From Thecamonas trahens ATCC 50062 (Eukaryota > Protista > Apusomonadida), in the NCBI RefSeq assembly GCF_000142905.1, contig NW_013657633.1, positions 1 through 44,068 of the forward strand: DNA of 44,068 bases, read 5' to 3'. Below, piece after piece: positions 1 to 12,200 of this stretch; position 1 is the stretch's first letter; each line of letters starts with the position of its first letter. Under the pieces are notes generated by a model. It was not told the origin of the DNA. It saw nothing but the letters and a program-made list of their open reading frames with translations, and did not search any database. A program made the translations under genes and the position numbers.

Positions 1-345
1 CGCCGTCTGCAACGAGATGAGCGAGAACGTGCTTCCGGAGTCGATGAGCGCGTCGGCGCTGTAGAAGCCGAGCGGGCCGGAGAGACTTGCCGTCACCCAC
101 TGGTTAGGTTCGTCATCGTCGCAGCCGTCCGACCCTTCTTCCCCCTCAAACCCCCCGGTATAGTCTTCGGCGGGTTCAATCTCAGAGCCGGCCAGCGCTG
201 CGCGGCCGGCAGCCAGGATCGGGCACGCGGCTAGCACATGCCCGGCCCCTACCCCGCCCATGGCTTGCCTGCAGATCGCGAACAGCCGCTGGCCGCACTC
301 TAGCCCCCTAACGAGGGCATGAAACACGCCACGCGCACCCTCTTG
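1..345 (-). CDS. Partial retropepsin-like (clan AA) aspartic protease domain protein, truncated by the left window edge
   Basis: Not in the ORF track; translated by hand. The minus frame is open from 345 to <1 (first ATG at 261) and reads ...GHVLAACP...NQWVTASLSGPLGFYSADALIDSGSTFSLISLQTA. ALIDSGST is a clan AA catalytic motif (hydrophobic-hydrophobic-D-S/T-G-A/S). Confidence 0.65.
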
Positions 346-740
346 TCACGTCAATGACACAAGTGACACACACCAGGTGGTCCCCAAGACCCCTGCCTCC
401 ATGGCCAGCCCCTACCCCCTCCATGGCCAGCCCTCACCCCACCCTTGGCCGGCCTGCCGATCGATCGCGATCAGCCACCGCCCACGCTTCAACCCCGCAC
501 TACGGGCATGAAACACGCTACCACAGCAGCCACTGCCTGCACTCAAACATGCGGCTGGCTTCAGTTGCTGCTCCAACAGCACATGGCAAGGCTTGCCCAT
601 GGCCAGCCCCTACCCCCACCATGGCCAGCCCACCATCCATGGCCACTCCGCAACCCAGCCATGGCCGCTCTGCCGATCAATTCCCATCCTCCGCCCGACA
701 TGCCCTCAACCCCCCCTACCGCGCTCAATACACCAGCTGG
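241..740 (+). repeat. Degenerate tandem repeat, about 3 units of ~190-200 bp, rich in CCATGGCC
   Basis: CCATGGCCAGCCCCTACCCC is exact at 399-418 and 597-616, with a degenerate copy near 243-263. GGGCATGAAACACGC is exact at 315-329 and 504-518. Confidence 0.75.
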
Positions 741-1151
741 TGACCTACCAACCGCACCAAAACAAAGCTACAACCACAAACCACAAGAAATATCCCAACC
801 CCACCTCCTCAGGCAGCGGTAGCGCGTGCACGGCGGGGTCCTGGACTTGTTTTCCTCAACGGATTCCTGGTTGTCTCCACCAAAAAGTCATTTGTTGCCC
901 TGCCCTGCCTCACTGATCGCTTCGCTGCCAGCGGCGCACAAGCAACCAACGCCATGCACCACCACTACACAAGGCATTGGCTCACCCTCGCTTGCGGTTC
1001 CCGCCCTCAGTTGCAAGTGCGACGATGTGTTGCGTAACGGTCGTGTCGCATCTGCTACTCGCGCTGGCAGCCGCTAAAACTCGGCCCACGTTGGTGTGCA
1101 CGTGATTGACCACGACCCACACACCTCTCTCCCCTCTCACTACACACAAAC

Positions 1152-1738
1152 ATGGCTTCGTTTCTCAAGAAGGCTGCCAAGGGCATCAAGACCAAGATGA
1201 TGGCCGGAGGCGATGGCGGTATGTGCTCCTGTCCCCCTCCCTACCCTGCCCGGAGGCCAGGCATGAGACCAAAGCCGCTTCACGGCACCCACTCACACAC
1301 CCATCCTCCTCCACCCACCCTCGGCATTATATCACAGGTGCCGCCAGCTCGTCGTCTGCCCCGTCGGATGGCGTCGAGCGCGATGCCAACGGCCAGATCC
1401 CGAAGGAGCCGTTTGGACGCACCATGCAGCCGGATGCGTTTGTGGCTTTCAAGACCTCGGTCGATGAGCTCACTACCGATGAGGAGAAGGTAGAGAAGAT
1501 CTACGTCTCGCATGGCAGCGGCAAGGCGCCGGGCACCGCCGGCAAGTCTCAGCGGCAGTACTGGTGCGACCAGGCCGCTCAGCTGATCCGTCTGCTCGCA
1601 TTTGACAAGAACAAGGTCACCGTCGCCACCCGCATCTATCCGCACATCGCCGACCCCGGCAACTTTGAGGACGTTGTTCTCGATACCCTCGACTTTTCCT
1701 CGTCCAAGGACCAGGTCAAGGAGGAGCTTCGCCTCTGA
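1152..1738 (+). CDS. DUF4476-domain protein, join(1152..1218,1338..1738)
   Basis: MASFLKKAAKGIKTKMMAGGDG is followed by a phase-1 intron (GTATGT at 1219, CAG ending at 1337) that splices in frame to the 1106..1738 ORF. The C-terminal MxxxxFxxF...EKV...CxQAxxLIxLLxFDxxKV...YPxIxDxxNF..V...F.SSK pattern matches DUF4476. Confidence 0.8.
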
Positions 1739-1915
1739 TCTAGTTTGCCGTCTTTTTCCGATGGTCAATGAACATACACAAGGCACAGTCGCGGCCGCAT
1801 CGCCGCTATCCTTTGGGCAGTCGCTCGCTGCCTGGTGCCGAGGGCGGAACCAGCGGCCATGGCCGGCGGTAGGGAGGCGGCGGTGTGCGGCATCTTAGCA
1901 AGGGACTTCAATTTC

Positions 1916-1995
1916 GGCCATGGGGCGGGTGCGGGGGGCGGCCATGGACGGCGCGGTCGTGGAGCGGCCACGGGTGGGGTAGGGGCTGGCCATGG
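1916..1995 (-). repeat. Inverted copy of the CCATGGCCAGCCCCTACCCC repeat unit
   Basis: 1976-1995 is the exact reverse complement of 399-418 and 597-616. Further CCATGGCC submotifs occur at 1856-1864, 1916-1923 and 1940-1947. Confidence 0.75.
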
Positions 1996-2296
1996 TGCAT
2001 GCAGTGGTGTGGTAGAGTGCAGTGGTTGCCCCCTCTTCCAATCCCAAGCCATCGTCTCCATCGACGTCCATCTCAATCCAATCCCGTCCGCCCTCCTTTT
2101 TTTCGTCACCCAAGCCCCTCCACCCTCTTCATTCACACCCCACTCTCCTTTGCCAATATCCAGCAGTTCATTTCTTCCGCTTGAGCTGCACAACCTCGCT
2201 ATCCCCCACGACACCCCTCCCCACCCCCCACCCCCTCCCGCCACACAGACCTTTGGCATCCCTTCCCACCTCCTCCCCTCCTTCTATTTGCCCTCC

Positions 2297-5200
2297 ATGC
2301 TCTCAACAGGTCCGCTCTTGGCGGCTCTCAGTCTTGTCGTCGTCGTGTTGGCCAACGCCGGTTCTGGCGCGACACTCGAGAGCTCATTCGACATGGCTAA
2401 TTCGGAGGATGTAGCCGCAATGGTGCTGGCGGACGGCTCGGTTGCCACCTCTGTCGGTGTGCTTCCGCTAGAGAGCAAGGTCGGCGCAGTCCGTTTCACC
2501 TTTGGTAGCGCCATCACTTCCTCGACCGGCTATATCTACGTCCACAACTCGTCGACGCTCGGGTTCCGCGAGGCTGCCATGGACCAACCCACCGATGTGC
2601 GGATTAGTCTGTACACCGTCTCGTCAACAGACATCGAGCAACGCCTTGACGAGAGCCCCTGGAGTGACGGATACGGTCTGGACCAGACCATTGCACCTAC
2701 TACCCTTGACCTCATTGACGTCGCCGACTCCGGCGGCTCAATCTACACAATAACTGATGATCCCCTTCGTGACCTTCTGCAGGCCTGGGTCGATCATCCT
2801 CAATTCTGCGACGACCGCATGGCCCTGCGTATCGAGCAGCTTGGCACAAAATGCAACGGCGGCTCTGAGTGCTCGCTCATCATGAGCGTCAGACCCGCAC
2901 TGACTTTCAACTACTACGAGGTCTGTCCGCCAGCCCCGGCCCCAACCAACGGAGCCATCGCCATCAATCCCATCACTCGCTCGCCCAATGCTCCTGTCGA
3001 CGACGATATTCTCGTTGAGTGTAATCCCGGCTACATGGTCTCTGGCTCTGGGCTGCACACGTGCGAGTCCAATGGCAACTACAACCCTCCGCTGGCGTCA
3101 ACATCGTGTGTCGCTATGCCCTCACCACCATCCCCACCGCCTCCTCCCCCATCACCTCCGCCACCTCCTCCTCCATCACCCCCTCCTCCGCCACGGCCAC
3201 CTCCATCACCCCGTCCCCCGCCACCTCCTCCTCCCTCCCCCCCTCGCCCGCCACCGCCACCTCCTTCCCCACCTCCACCACCACCACCACCTCCCCCTCC
3301 TCCCCCAATGTCGTCCTACACCCCGATTCCGGAGACTTGGTTCCTCCGCCCCTCGGTCTCGGGCATGTTTGGTGACATCTCCATGTTCCTCACCAGGAAC
3401 CCGGGCGCCGCTGCGTTTTTCAACGCCTCGGCCTTCTCCTTCACCGTTACGCTGGCATCGTTTCCGAGCCCCGACGCCACGCCCACCATCGTCGACGTTC
3501 CCGTCGTCGTTGATTCGCTCCGACACGGCCTCGTCTTCAACTCGACCTTCTCCAACAAGACCGGCTATCACCCGATCACAATCACCCGCTACGCACACGG
3601 ATCGGCTGTGGTTTACTCGCGCGAGACCAAAGCGCGCCTCCTCACCTACGTCCATCACGATTGCATCCGTGAACACTTTGTTTTTTACGCTGGTAGTTGC
3701 CAGGCCTGTCCGCCAGGCGCGTACTGTCCCGGAGGCGAGCGCATGTGGCCACTTCCTGGCTGGTGGTCGCCCAACGAGCGCACCAAGCCCACGGCATGTC
3801 GTGTCCGCTCCGCTTGCCCTGGAGCTGTCGGCGGCGGCGGCCTTCCACCGCTCATCAATCCCGATGGCACCCGCCGAACCTCGGTCTGCTCACCCGAGTA
3901 CGCCGGCGATTTTTGCGCCGACTGCGCTCAAAACTACTTTATGGACAACGGTGTGTGCCGGAGCTGCGGCTCGGACGCGTCTGCCAAGGCCGAGCTCACC
4001 ATCGTCATCTTCTCGCTCGCCGCCTTTATCTGCACCATCGCCTGGGGCCTCGCCATGCTCTCAGCCAAGCGCGTCGTCCTCATCGTCTCCACCCTAGTTA
4101 TCCTCCAGCAGATGGCCATGGTCTCGCGGGTCGGCCTGCAGGAGCTTTCAGACTCGGACACCTCGCCGGTGGTCGGTGCCATCGTCCGCTTTGCCGCCAT
4201 CATCAACTTTGAGATCGAGACCGTCCGACCTGGTTGCGACATTCCTGCCATTTCCTTCCCGGGTCTCTACTACGGGACGCTCGTGCTCCTCGGCGGCTCG
4301 CTGCTTGTCTTTATCCTTTCGGCTGTCCTTTGGCGGGTTTTGGCCGCGCCGCAGCACGCGCCGCCGCCATCCGTTCCTCGCGCAGCGAGACCCACTGCGT
4401 CTCAACCTCGCTTGCCTCCTTACCCAAGTCAGACTCGGATGCTGGCTCTGCAGTCTCAGTCGACGAGCAGCACGAGGTAGCATTTGCCCCTGCTACCGAC
4501 GTCAGCGGTCGCCACCTGTACCGCTCGCGCGTTTTTCATGCCGCTTTTATCCTTGGCTCGCTTGCCTACCTCCAGATCGCAGTCCGCACCCTTCAGGCCC
4601 TGCACTGTGTCGAGAGCGGGGACGGGACGCGCCGGCTGGTGGCCGACCTCACCATTGTCTGCTACCGTGGCGCCCACCTTCGGCTCGCCGCGCTCGCCTG
4701 GCCTGTCGCCATCCTCTTCTGCGGCGGCTTCCCGCTCGTCAGCTTTGTCATTGCTTTCCGGCTCACCCGCAGTGCTGATCTTCTCGATCGCGACCTTCTC
4801 GTCGAGCGGTTTGGCGTCATCATCCGTGGCCTCCGCACCGCACGCCTATGGTTCCGCACGCTCCAGTTCCTTGTCTCATTTGTCTTTGCCGCCGAGACCG
4901 TCCTTGTCCGCGATGCCGGCTCGCGCCTCTTTGCCGCCATCCTCAACTTTTGCCTCAACATCATCCTGGTTGCCGCCCTCGACCCGTTCCTCAACGCTTA
5001 CCACACGGCACTCTCGTACATTGTTGGTCTTCTCTCGTGTGGTCAGATCCTGTACTTTGTCCACCGCGAGAACATGCAATACTTCTTCATCGGCCTCGGC
5101 GTCGTTCTGGCTGCCATCGCCATTGCCACTCTCCTCGCTGTTTATCGCTTCGGCTATCGCTCCACCCCAACCAGCACCGCCACAGTTGTGCCGGCAAGCA

Positions 5201-6144
5201 GCCTGCTCCACTCGAGCTCGTCAAGCGAGCTCGTCGCGCAATGCGTGGCAGACAAGTTCTCCTCGCCCACCCAATCCCTCTCCGACTCGCTCTCGTCCGC
5301 ACCGCCAGCAGCAGCGCTACCCGCGCCGCATTCCGCCCGCCCGCGTGCGAGCTCAGAAGCGCTACCACCGTCGTCGCTCACTCTTTGCATCCACGACTCA
5401 TTCGATGGTACCAACCGCGCCCGCCGCGAGTGCCCCGACCCAGTCGAACTCCCCAATGTTGATGCCGACCCGCTGTTTGCGTCCAACGAGACGCTGACCG
5501 CAGGTAGGACAGCCTCATCTCGCGGGAAGGACGTCACTGGCGCGGTCTCACCGCGCAACCTGTCACCGGTACAGCGCAAAGTTGTTGTTGCCAACAACGG
5601 CGCCATCCACGTCGTGCGCCGCAAAGACTCACGGTCGCGTCGCGCCTCCATCGCCGCTCGCTCGCCCACATCGTCCTCGCCGCGGCAAGCACGCCGCTGC
5701 TCGGACGCGCTGCGCTCGGTCGTCGGCAGCTCGCCGACGCGCGCCCTTGTCTCACCGAGATCATCATCACGAACACGTGGTGCTTCCGAGCTGCTCCAGC
5801 GAGCCACCATGCGCCGAACGTCGCAGAGCCCCGCCCGAATCGTTGCTCGCCGCTCCTCTGGCTCACGCTCGCCGCATCGCGCCGCGTTTGCCCGCCGTTC
5901 CTCAGTCGCCGACGTCGCTCCCTCTCTGCCGCCCGGCTCACTCGACGCCATTATCAATGCCGAAGCCAACACTGCCCGTAGCCGCTTCGGCATGGCGCCA
6001 TCTGACACGCCAGTCTCTACCAGACTCAATCTCTCGACGTCTGTAGTCACCCTGGTCGGAGCCAGCCACAGCAGCACCAACGTGCGCGAGCCGGTCGTTC
6101 GGAGCAAGACCCAGGTCGACCTCGCTGTTCTGCGGAGCATGTGA
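2297..6144 (+). CDS. Large surface/membrane protein: signal peptide, sushi/CCP domain, extensin-like Ser-Pro tract, GCC2/GCC3-like Cys-rich repeats, multi-pass (~7) TM region and disordered tail; apparent -1 frameshift near 4338-4341
   Basis: ATG 2297 starts MLSTGPLLAALSLVVVVLANAG (signal-like). The sushi pattern is CPPAPAPTNG...ECNPGYMVSGSGLHTCESNGNYNPP...C, followed by CQACPPGAYCPGG repeats. TM helices are split across ORFs 1835..4480 and 4234..6144; one extra T in the T4 run at 4338-4341 joins them (WRVFGRAAARAAAIRSS). Confidence 0.75.
3118..3308 (+). repeat. Coding low-complexity (S/R)Pn proline tract
   Basis: Encodes PSPPSPPPPPPSPPPPPPPSPPPPPRPPP... inside the surface protein. Confidence 0.9.
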
Positions 6145-6206
6145 TGACATGTGATTTTTAATACTCAAAGATGAACTCGTCCTGTGAAGCGCGCACACGC
6201 GCCCAA

Positions 6207-7328
6207 CTACTGCGGAACCTGTAGGCCGCGGTTGACGAGTTGCACCTGCAGCAGGTAGTCGTTGACCGCCATGCCCAGGGCTGAGACCGGCGGGTCCGAG
6301 GCAAGGCGCCGTCGGCGCTCGGCCTCCTCGGCTTGCTTGGTAAAGGCGAGCGAGGAGTTGGAGGCAGCCCGCTCGGCGGCGTCGGCGGCGGCGTCCTCAG
6401 CGATACGCTCGGCCCGTTCGGCCTCCTCGGCGGCGACAACCGCCGCCCGAATCGATGATCCGCCGTGCTCCTCCACGCCGCCCTCGGCCTTGATCCGCCG
6501 CGCCCGCTCAGACTCCTCGGCCATGGCTGTGATGTGCAGGTCAAGCGCCGACCGAAGGAACGACGACCGCTCGTCGAGCTTCTTCTGCTCCTCCTCGTCG
6601 TGGATCTTCTCGCTGCGCGCCTGCTCCTCGAGCGCCCGCACATCGTCGAGCGACATCTCAGACTCGATCGCTGGCGACGGCGTGCCCTTGATGAGAATGA
6701 CGTGCGCGTGTGCGTGCTTGAGCACATAGTCCGAGACAGAGCCGAGGAAGAACCGCTTGACCTTGCCCATGCCTGACCGCCCGATGATGATAAACGCGCA
6801 GTCGCGCGACTCGGCCACGTCGCAGATGAGCTCGCCCACGTGGTCGCAGAGCCCGCAAAGCCCGCGCGCCTTGATCCCAGCCTCGTGTGCCCGCTTGAGG
6901 TAAGACGCCACAATGCCGCGTGCGAGTGCAAGGCTCCGCTCGTTCTCGGTCTCAATCAGCGCCTGCGTGTTGACTACGTCTCGCTCGAGATGTGGATGAG
7001 TGTGGGTCGCTTGCACCCCCCCCCCCCCAAAAAAAAAAAAAAAAAGTGACAAAAATTGGGCCCACTCCTATCCACTCCTTTCCCACCACCACCTCCGTGG
7101 CCCTCCCCATCACCCTGCATCCATCGCAGCCCTGTGCAACATACCTCCGGCAATGGCAGTGGCGCCGAGTCCCCAGGCGCCGTACGTCCCGAGTTGGCTC
7201 CGCTTGGCCGCAGAGAAAATGATGAGCTCGTTGTCCTGGGAGCCCGAGTCGATCATCATCGAGACGGCCGCGTAGAACGCGTTCTCGGCAAACGCTGACT
7301 GGTCCACAGCAAGGAGATACCGAACCAT
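6207..7328 (-). CDS. Universal stress protein (UspA family) with charged C-terminal extension; about join(7328..7145,6973..6207)
   Basis: Exon 1 is MVRYLLAVDQSAFAENAFYAA (USP N-terminal strand), with donor GTATGT at 7144. In-frame acceptors are TAG (exon from 6973) or GAG (from 6979). Exon 2 has IIIGRSGMGKVKRFFLGSVSDYVLKHAHAHVILIK, the USP G-2x-G-9x-GS motif. Confidence 0.9.
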
Positions 7329-7581
7329 GGCGAGATATGTAGGTAGCTTGGTAAGTGGCAAGGGGTGGTTACTTGCTAAAGCTTGCGCGAGGCGTGTGCT
7401 ACTCGCGTCATTCCTCCCGCCTTCCCCGATCCGTCCGAGTTTTGTATCCTCAGCGGCCGGGTCAGTCTGGGGCACCCGCTGGCCTGACGTGGATAGGTGC
7501 GGGTCAGGGCCGCCCACCAGCGTCTTCGTATCATCCACACACCCAACCCCACAACTGCGAGACGCTTTCTTTGCTGCCGGC

Positions 7582-8640
7582 TCACCACATCTCCGACCTG
7601 CGATCCACCACTGGCACGCGCCCGCGCCCGCCCCCGACGATCTCGCCATCGGCGCCACCGCTGGTCGACGACGACGAGGTGCCGCTCGAGCCCGAAGTCG
7701 AGCCGCCCGAGACATCAATGCATCCGTTCTCGTAGATGCCCATGTAGTGAAGATGGTCAAAGACCGAGGCGGGAAATGCAACAGAGTCGGAGCAGTACGG
7801 GTCCTCACCCGACCCGTCGCACACCGTATAGTTGACGTTGCGGCTGCCTTCCGGGACATGGCCCCACACCTCGGTGGGGACGTGGACAAATCCCAGCGCC
7901 TCGGGCGGGAGGTGTGGCACCAGATCGTGCTTCCACGTCACCCGGATTGTCGAGTCTGTGCCCAGCGTACGGACGTAGTGCTTGGCAAACGAGGCGTCAC
8001 CGACGCGCGGATCGCCAAAGGTGATCACGTTGACCGGCACGTTGCCAACCGCTGCCTTGATATCGAGCACCGCGAGAGTCGCCAGCGCTGCGCCAAGCGA
8101 GTGGCCTGTGACCAAGATCCGCTGCGGCGAGTGTGTGTCCATCACGCTCCGCACCGCAATGTGCACCTGCGCCCTCACCGAGAGCCACGCATGGAGGAAG
8201 CCCTCGCCGACGTACACGCCCGTCCCGGGCAGCGGCACCATCTCGGCCGAGACCAAGTCTGAAATCCAGTTCTTGAGCGAGGTCATGACCGTACCGCGGA
8301 ACGAGACAATGGCCGTGCCGGTCTCACGCTCGTAGCCGACAAAGCCAAACGAGTTGTGCGTAGCGTTAGCGATGATGTACATCGGGATGAAGCTCTCCGT
8401 CCCGTGATGGCCACAGTACCGACACGACCACGCCGTGACCTGCGCCTCGGTGCAATACGCCGTGTATGCATACATCAGCGCATGCAGGCCACTGGCCTTG
8501 CTCCACGTCAGCCGTGCCTCGTCTTGCCCACCAACGCCTGCGCCTTCCCCAGCACTTCCGCACACCGCCACCCACGCCACAGTCATCATCACGCAGCCCA
8601 CGCCCAACCGTCGACTGCCCCTGTCTCTCCACGCCAACAT
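7582..8640 (-). CDS. Secreted class 3 lipase (Lipase_3, fungal/nematode triacylglycerol lipase type)
   Basis: Motifs AYC...WSCRYC, IVSFRGT...NWISD, TGHSLG nucleophile elbow, TFGDPRVGD, HDLVPHLPP and DHLHYMG. Hydrophobic N-terminus. The start codon is uncertain (8640 or ~8590). Confidence 0.93.
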   Translation of the reverse strand: MLAWRDRGSRRLGVGCVMMTVAWVAVCGSAGEGAGVGGQDEARLTWSKASGLHALMYAYTAYCTEAQVTAWSCRYCGHHGTESFIPMYIIANATHNSFGFVGYERETGTAIVSFRGTVMTSLKNWISDLVSAEMVPLPGTGVYVGEGFLHAWLSVRAQVHIAVRSVMDTHSPQRILVTGHSLGAALATLAVLDIKAAVGNVPVNVITFGDPRVGDASFAKHYVRTLGTDSTIRVTWKHDLVPHLPPEALGFVHVPTEVWGHVPEGSRNVNYTVCDGSGEDPYCSDSVAFPASVFDHLHYMGIYENGCIDVSGGSTSGSSGTSSSSTSGGADGEIVGGGRGRVPVVDRRSEMW

Positions 8641-9036
8641 GACCTCTGCGCAGAGTTGAGTAATGTACTCGTCCCTGTGCTTCCCTGCCTTGCTCTCTCT
8701 CGCGCCTTCGAGCAACTCGCCTGTGTGTCAACCTGCTTGTGTGGGTGCCGTCAACGGGCGCCACTCGAGCAAAGTCACGCACACGGTGTTCCTCGCTAAA
8801 ATTTTGTCCAGTTGTTGACTCTAGAGTCCTGCCACCTCCACCAGCCTACTCTCCGCCGAGATCATACTACCACCCCGCCTCCGTCAAGCGCAACACATCG
8901 AACTTTGCAGGAGATGTAGTCTGGGGTGAGTGCAGTCTCTACTGCGGGTAGCGTGCTTGGACATGCGAGTCACACATGCCAATGCCTATCGAAGCACATA
9001 GGCAACATGACTAGCTCTGATCACTGATCGCCAGCG

Positions 9037-9125
9037 CCAAACCCAACCAAACCCAACCAACCCATCCATCCACCCCCTCATCCACCCCCTCATCCACCCC
9101 TTCATCCACCCCTTCATCCACTCAC
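9037..9125 (+). repeat. Simple repeats: (CCAAACCCAA)n then 12-mer (CATCCACCCCYT)n
   Basis: Directly visible in the divergent lipase/LIM intergenic region. Confidence 0.8.
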
Positions 9126-9293
9126 ACACACTCACACACAGAACACATCCCCCCCTCCTCCCTCCTCCCCCCCCATCCCCATCAGATGTCCACAACCGGA
9201 ACCGCACCTGTCACCCATTTCACTAATTCTGGCGAACAGCCTCCGTCGCACAGCGCACGCGCCTGCACCTCTCTCACTTTCGCCACCGCAGCC

Positions 9294-12200
9294 ATGCCCA
9301 AGCTGCACGTGACTGTAGTGGGCGAAAACGGGGAGAGCACTGAGTACCATGACGTGCAGCAGACAAACAAGAAGGTCATGGGCGAGGGGCTACACAGACT
9401 CGGCTCCAAGATCGGCATTGCCCGCTCCGAGTGGGAGAGCTACCTCGTCCACATTGGCTCGTCGTCAGGCTCACTCGTCGACTGGTCACAGACCACAAAG
9501 GCCCAAGGCATCGTCAACGGATCGTCTCTCGTCTGCACCTGGGTTGGCTACGGTGCTGGCCTCTCTTCTGATGTCGTAGCCGGCACTGCCCCGGCAGCCA
9601 CCGATGCGGCCACCGCCAAGTCCAAGTCCAAGACCAAGGCCAAAGCCGACGCCAAGGCCTGTAACGGCAACGGCAAGGGCAAGGGCAAGAAAAAGGTGTG
9701 CACCGTCTGCGATGCCAAGCTGGGCAAGGATGATGTCAAGCGCAAGTACAACCAAGTCTGGTTCCACAAATCGTGCTTTGTCTGCTCCACCTGCTCAAAG
9801 GCTCTGACAAAGGCCCGTGCCCGCCTCTCCTCCAACTCGCTCTTCTGCAAGAAGCACCTCCGCGCCCACCTCCGCACCCATCCATCTGCTACAGACGACA
9901 CCCCAGGCCTCGACGACGCCGATCGCTTGCCGAACCCTGCCTCCAACACGGCCCTGACCCCGGCCCCGACCCCGGCCCCATCGCCGCCCTGCACCGCCTG
10001 CAAGCAGCCGGCTCCTGCCGCCGCGGCAACCGTCCTTGACTCGGGTGCCGTCTACCACTCGACCTGCCTCATCTGCTCGGTCTGCTCCCGCTCGCTCGGC
10101 CCGGTCACCTCGCACATACGCGATGGCACCATCTTCTGCCGCCGCCACGCTCGCGAGGCCGATACCCTACCTACTTCCTCCTCTGTACCGGCACCTGCTG
10201 CCGACCCAACATCAATTTGTCCGGCTTGCAGCCGCCGCGTCTACTCGCTCGACGACTCGGCCCATCTTGGCGGCGTCAACTACCACGCCAAATGCCTCGC
10301 CTGCTCCCAGCCACACTGCACCCTCCCGCTCACCTCGATCTCCGCCCGGATCCTCGATGGTGCCGTCCTCTGCCGCGACCACTTTAAGGCTGCGCGCGCC
10401 GCTGCTCCACCCCCTACTCCGGGCCCCGCTCCTACCGCCGAGCCCGAGCTTCAACCAGATTCAGCTCCAACCGCCGCCACCGCCGCCGATGCTCCGGCAA
10501 CGTGTCCGGCCTGCCGCCGCCGCATTTACTCGCTTGACGTGCCCGAGGTCATCGACGGCGTTGCCTTTCACAAGAACTGCCTCGAGTGCTCCAACTGTCT
10601 CCGCAAGCTCTCCCGCTCTGACGTCCGCTGCCACAAGGGCGCGCTCTACTGCGCCCGTCACCACCGCGCCGCTCTCCGCAACGATCCCGATCCCAATCCC
10701 GAGCCCGCCACCCGGATCACAACCCCAGACCCGACCCCTACCTCGGACCCGACGCCCACTCTTCCCGAGGACTCGGTCTGCCCCGCATGCTCCCGCAGCA
10801 TGTCCGCTCGCGACGCGCTCCTCCGCGTTTCCGGCACCGAGTACCATCGCGACTGCGCAAAGTGTGCCGACTGCGACCAAAGCCTCTCTGAGATTTCGGC
10901 CCGCTCCCTCGACGGCATCCTTCTCTGCTCCCGTCACCTCCGCGCTCGTCAGGAGCCGACTCCCTCCGCCAACTCGTCGTCCTGCCCGACATGTTCCCGC
11001 AAGATCTACAAGCTCGACCCCAAACACACTGTCGAGTCGGTCACCTTCCACTCGGCATGCCTCCGCTGCGCCAAGTGCGACCGCACGCTCTCCAAGATCT
11101 CCGCCCGGCTTGGCCCCAACGCCACCCTGCTCTGTGCCCGCCACTTGCGCGAGCTCGAGAGCCCCCAGACTGCTCCCGCCCCTGCATCTCGGCCTGCTGC
11201 TACCACGTCTGCAACATGCCCAGGTTGCTCGCGCAAGCTCTACACCATGGACAGAAAGACCTCCATCGACGGCACCAACTACCACGCCGACTGCGCCAAG
11301 TGTTCCCGCTGTGCTAAATCGCTCTCGGCCATCACCGCCCGGCGCCACAACTCGGCGCTCTACTGCGGCCGCCACTACCGCGACGAGCTCAAGGGCATAG
11401 AGCAGCCACCGTCATCGTCTCCTCTCGTTCCCGCCCACGCGCCGTCTCGCCCACCTCCCAACTCGTGCCCGTCATGCGCCAAATCCATCTTTGCCCGCGA
11501 CCGCACCCTCTCCCTCGCCGGCACCACCTACCACGCTGGCTGTGTCAAATGTGCCCAGTGTTCGACCGTCCTCAACGCAATTTCCGCCCGCGACCACAAT
11601 GGTACCGTCCTCTGCGGCCGCCACTACCGCGCCATGCTCAAGTCCGACGACTCACCAACGCCCACGCCTGCAGCCAAGCGCAAGCTCCCGCCCGGCGTTA
11701 TGGAGATGTTCGGCGACGACATCGCCGCAGAGCGTGAAGCTCGCAAGACCAAAGCTGAACGCGCCGCAGAAGTTGTCGGCGCCAAAGCGTACTCCTCCGG
11801 CACTGTCCGCCCCTCCGATCGCAAGCGCGCTGAACGCGCCGCCGCCCGCAAGCCGCCCGCCAAGACAAAGGCCTCGCCAGCGGCCGCCAACCCATTTGCC
11901 GGCATGAAGATGGACCTCGCCGCACTCATGGCCGCCGCAGACGCGCCGGCACGCGACACCTGCCGCGGCTGCTCGGGCGAGCTCATTGGAAAGTTTGTCA
12001 AGACCTCCATCGGCAAGTATCACAAAAACTGTGTCAAGTGCTCAAGCTGCGCCGCAGCCCTCACTGCCAAGTACATCGCTAAGGACGGCGCACTCTTTTG
12101 CATGCCATGCAACCCGGATGCCCGCGCAACGCCCACCCTCTCGTCATCCAGCCTCTCCTCGTCGGGCACTGCCGCCGCCAAGTGTTGCCAATGCTGGATG

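Noticed and set aside
920-1075. Possible structured ncRNA (GCTGCCAGCG/CGCTGGCAGC and TGCGAC/GTCGCA stems)
   Set aside because: Short GC-rich stems are expected by chance, and no family motif was recognised.
4331-4345. Programmed -1 frameshift at GGGTTTT in the surface protein
   Set aside because: The heptamer is out of phase for canonical X XXY YYZ slippage. One extra T in a homopolymer fixes the gene, as expected for a sequencing error.
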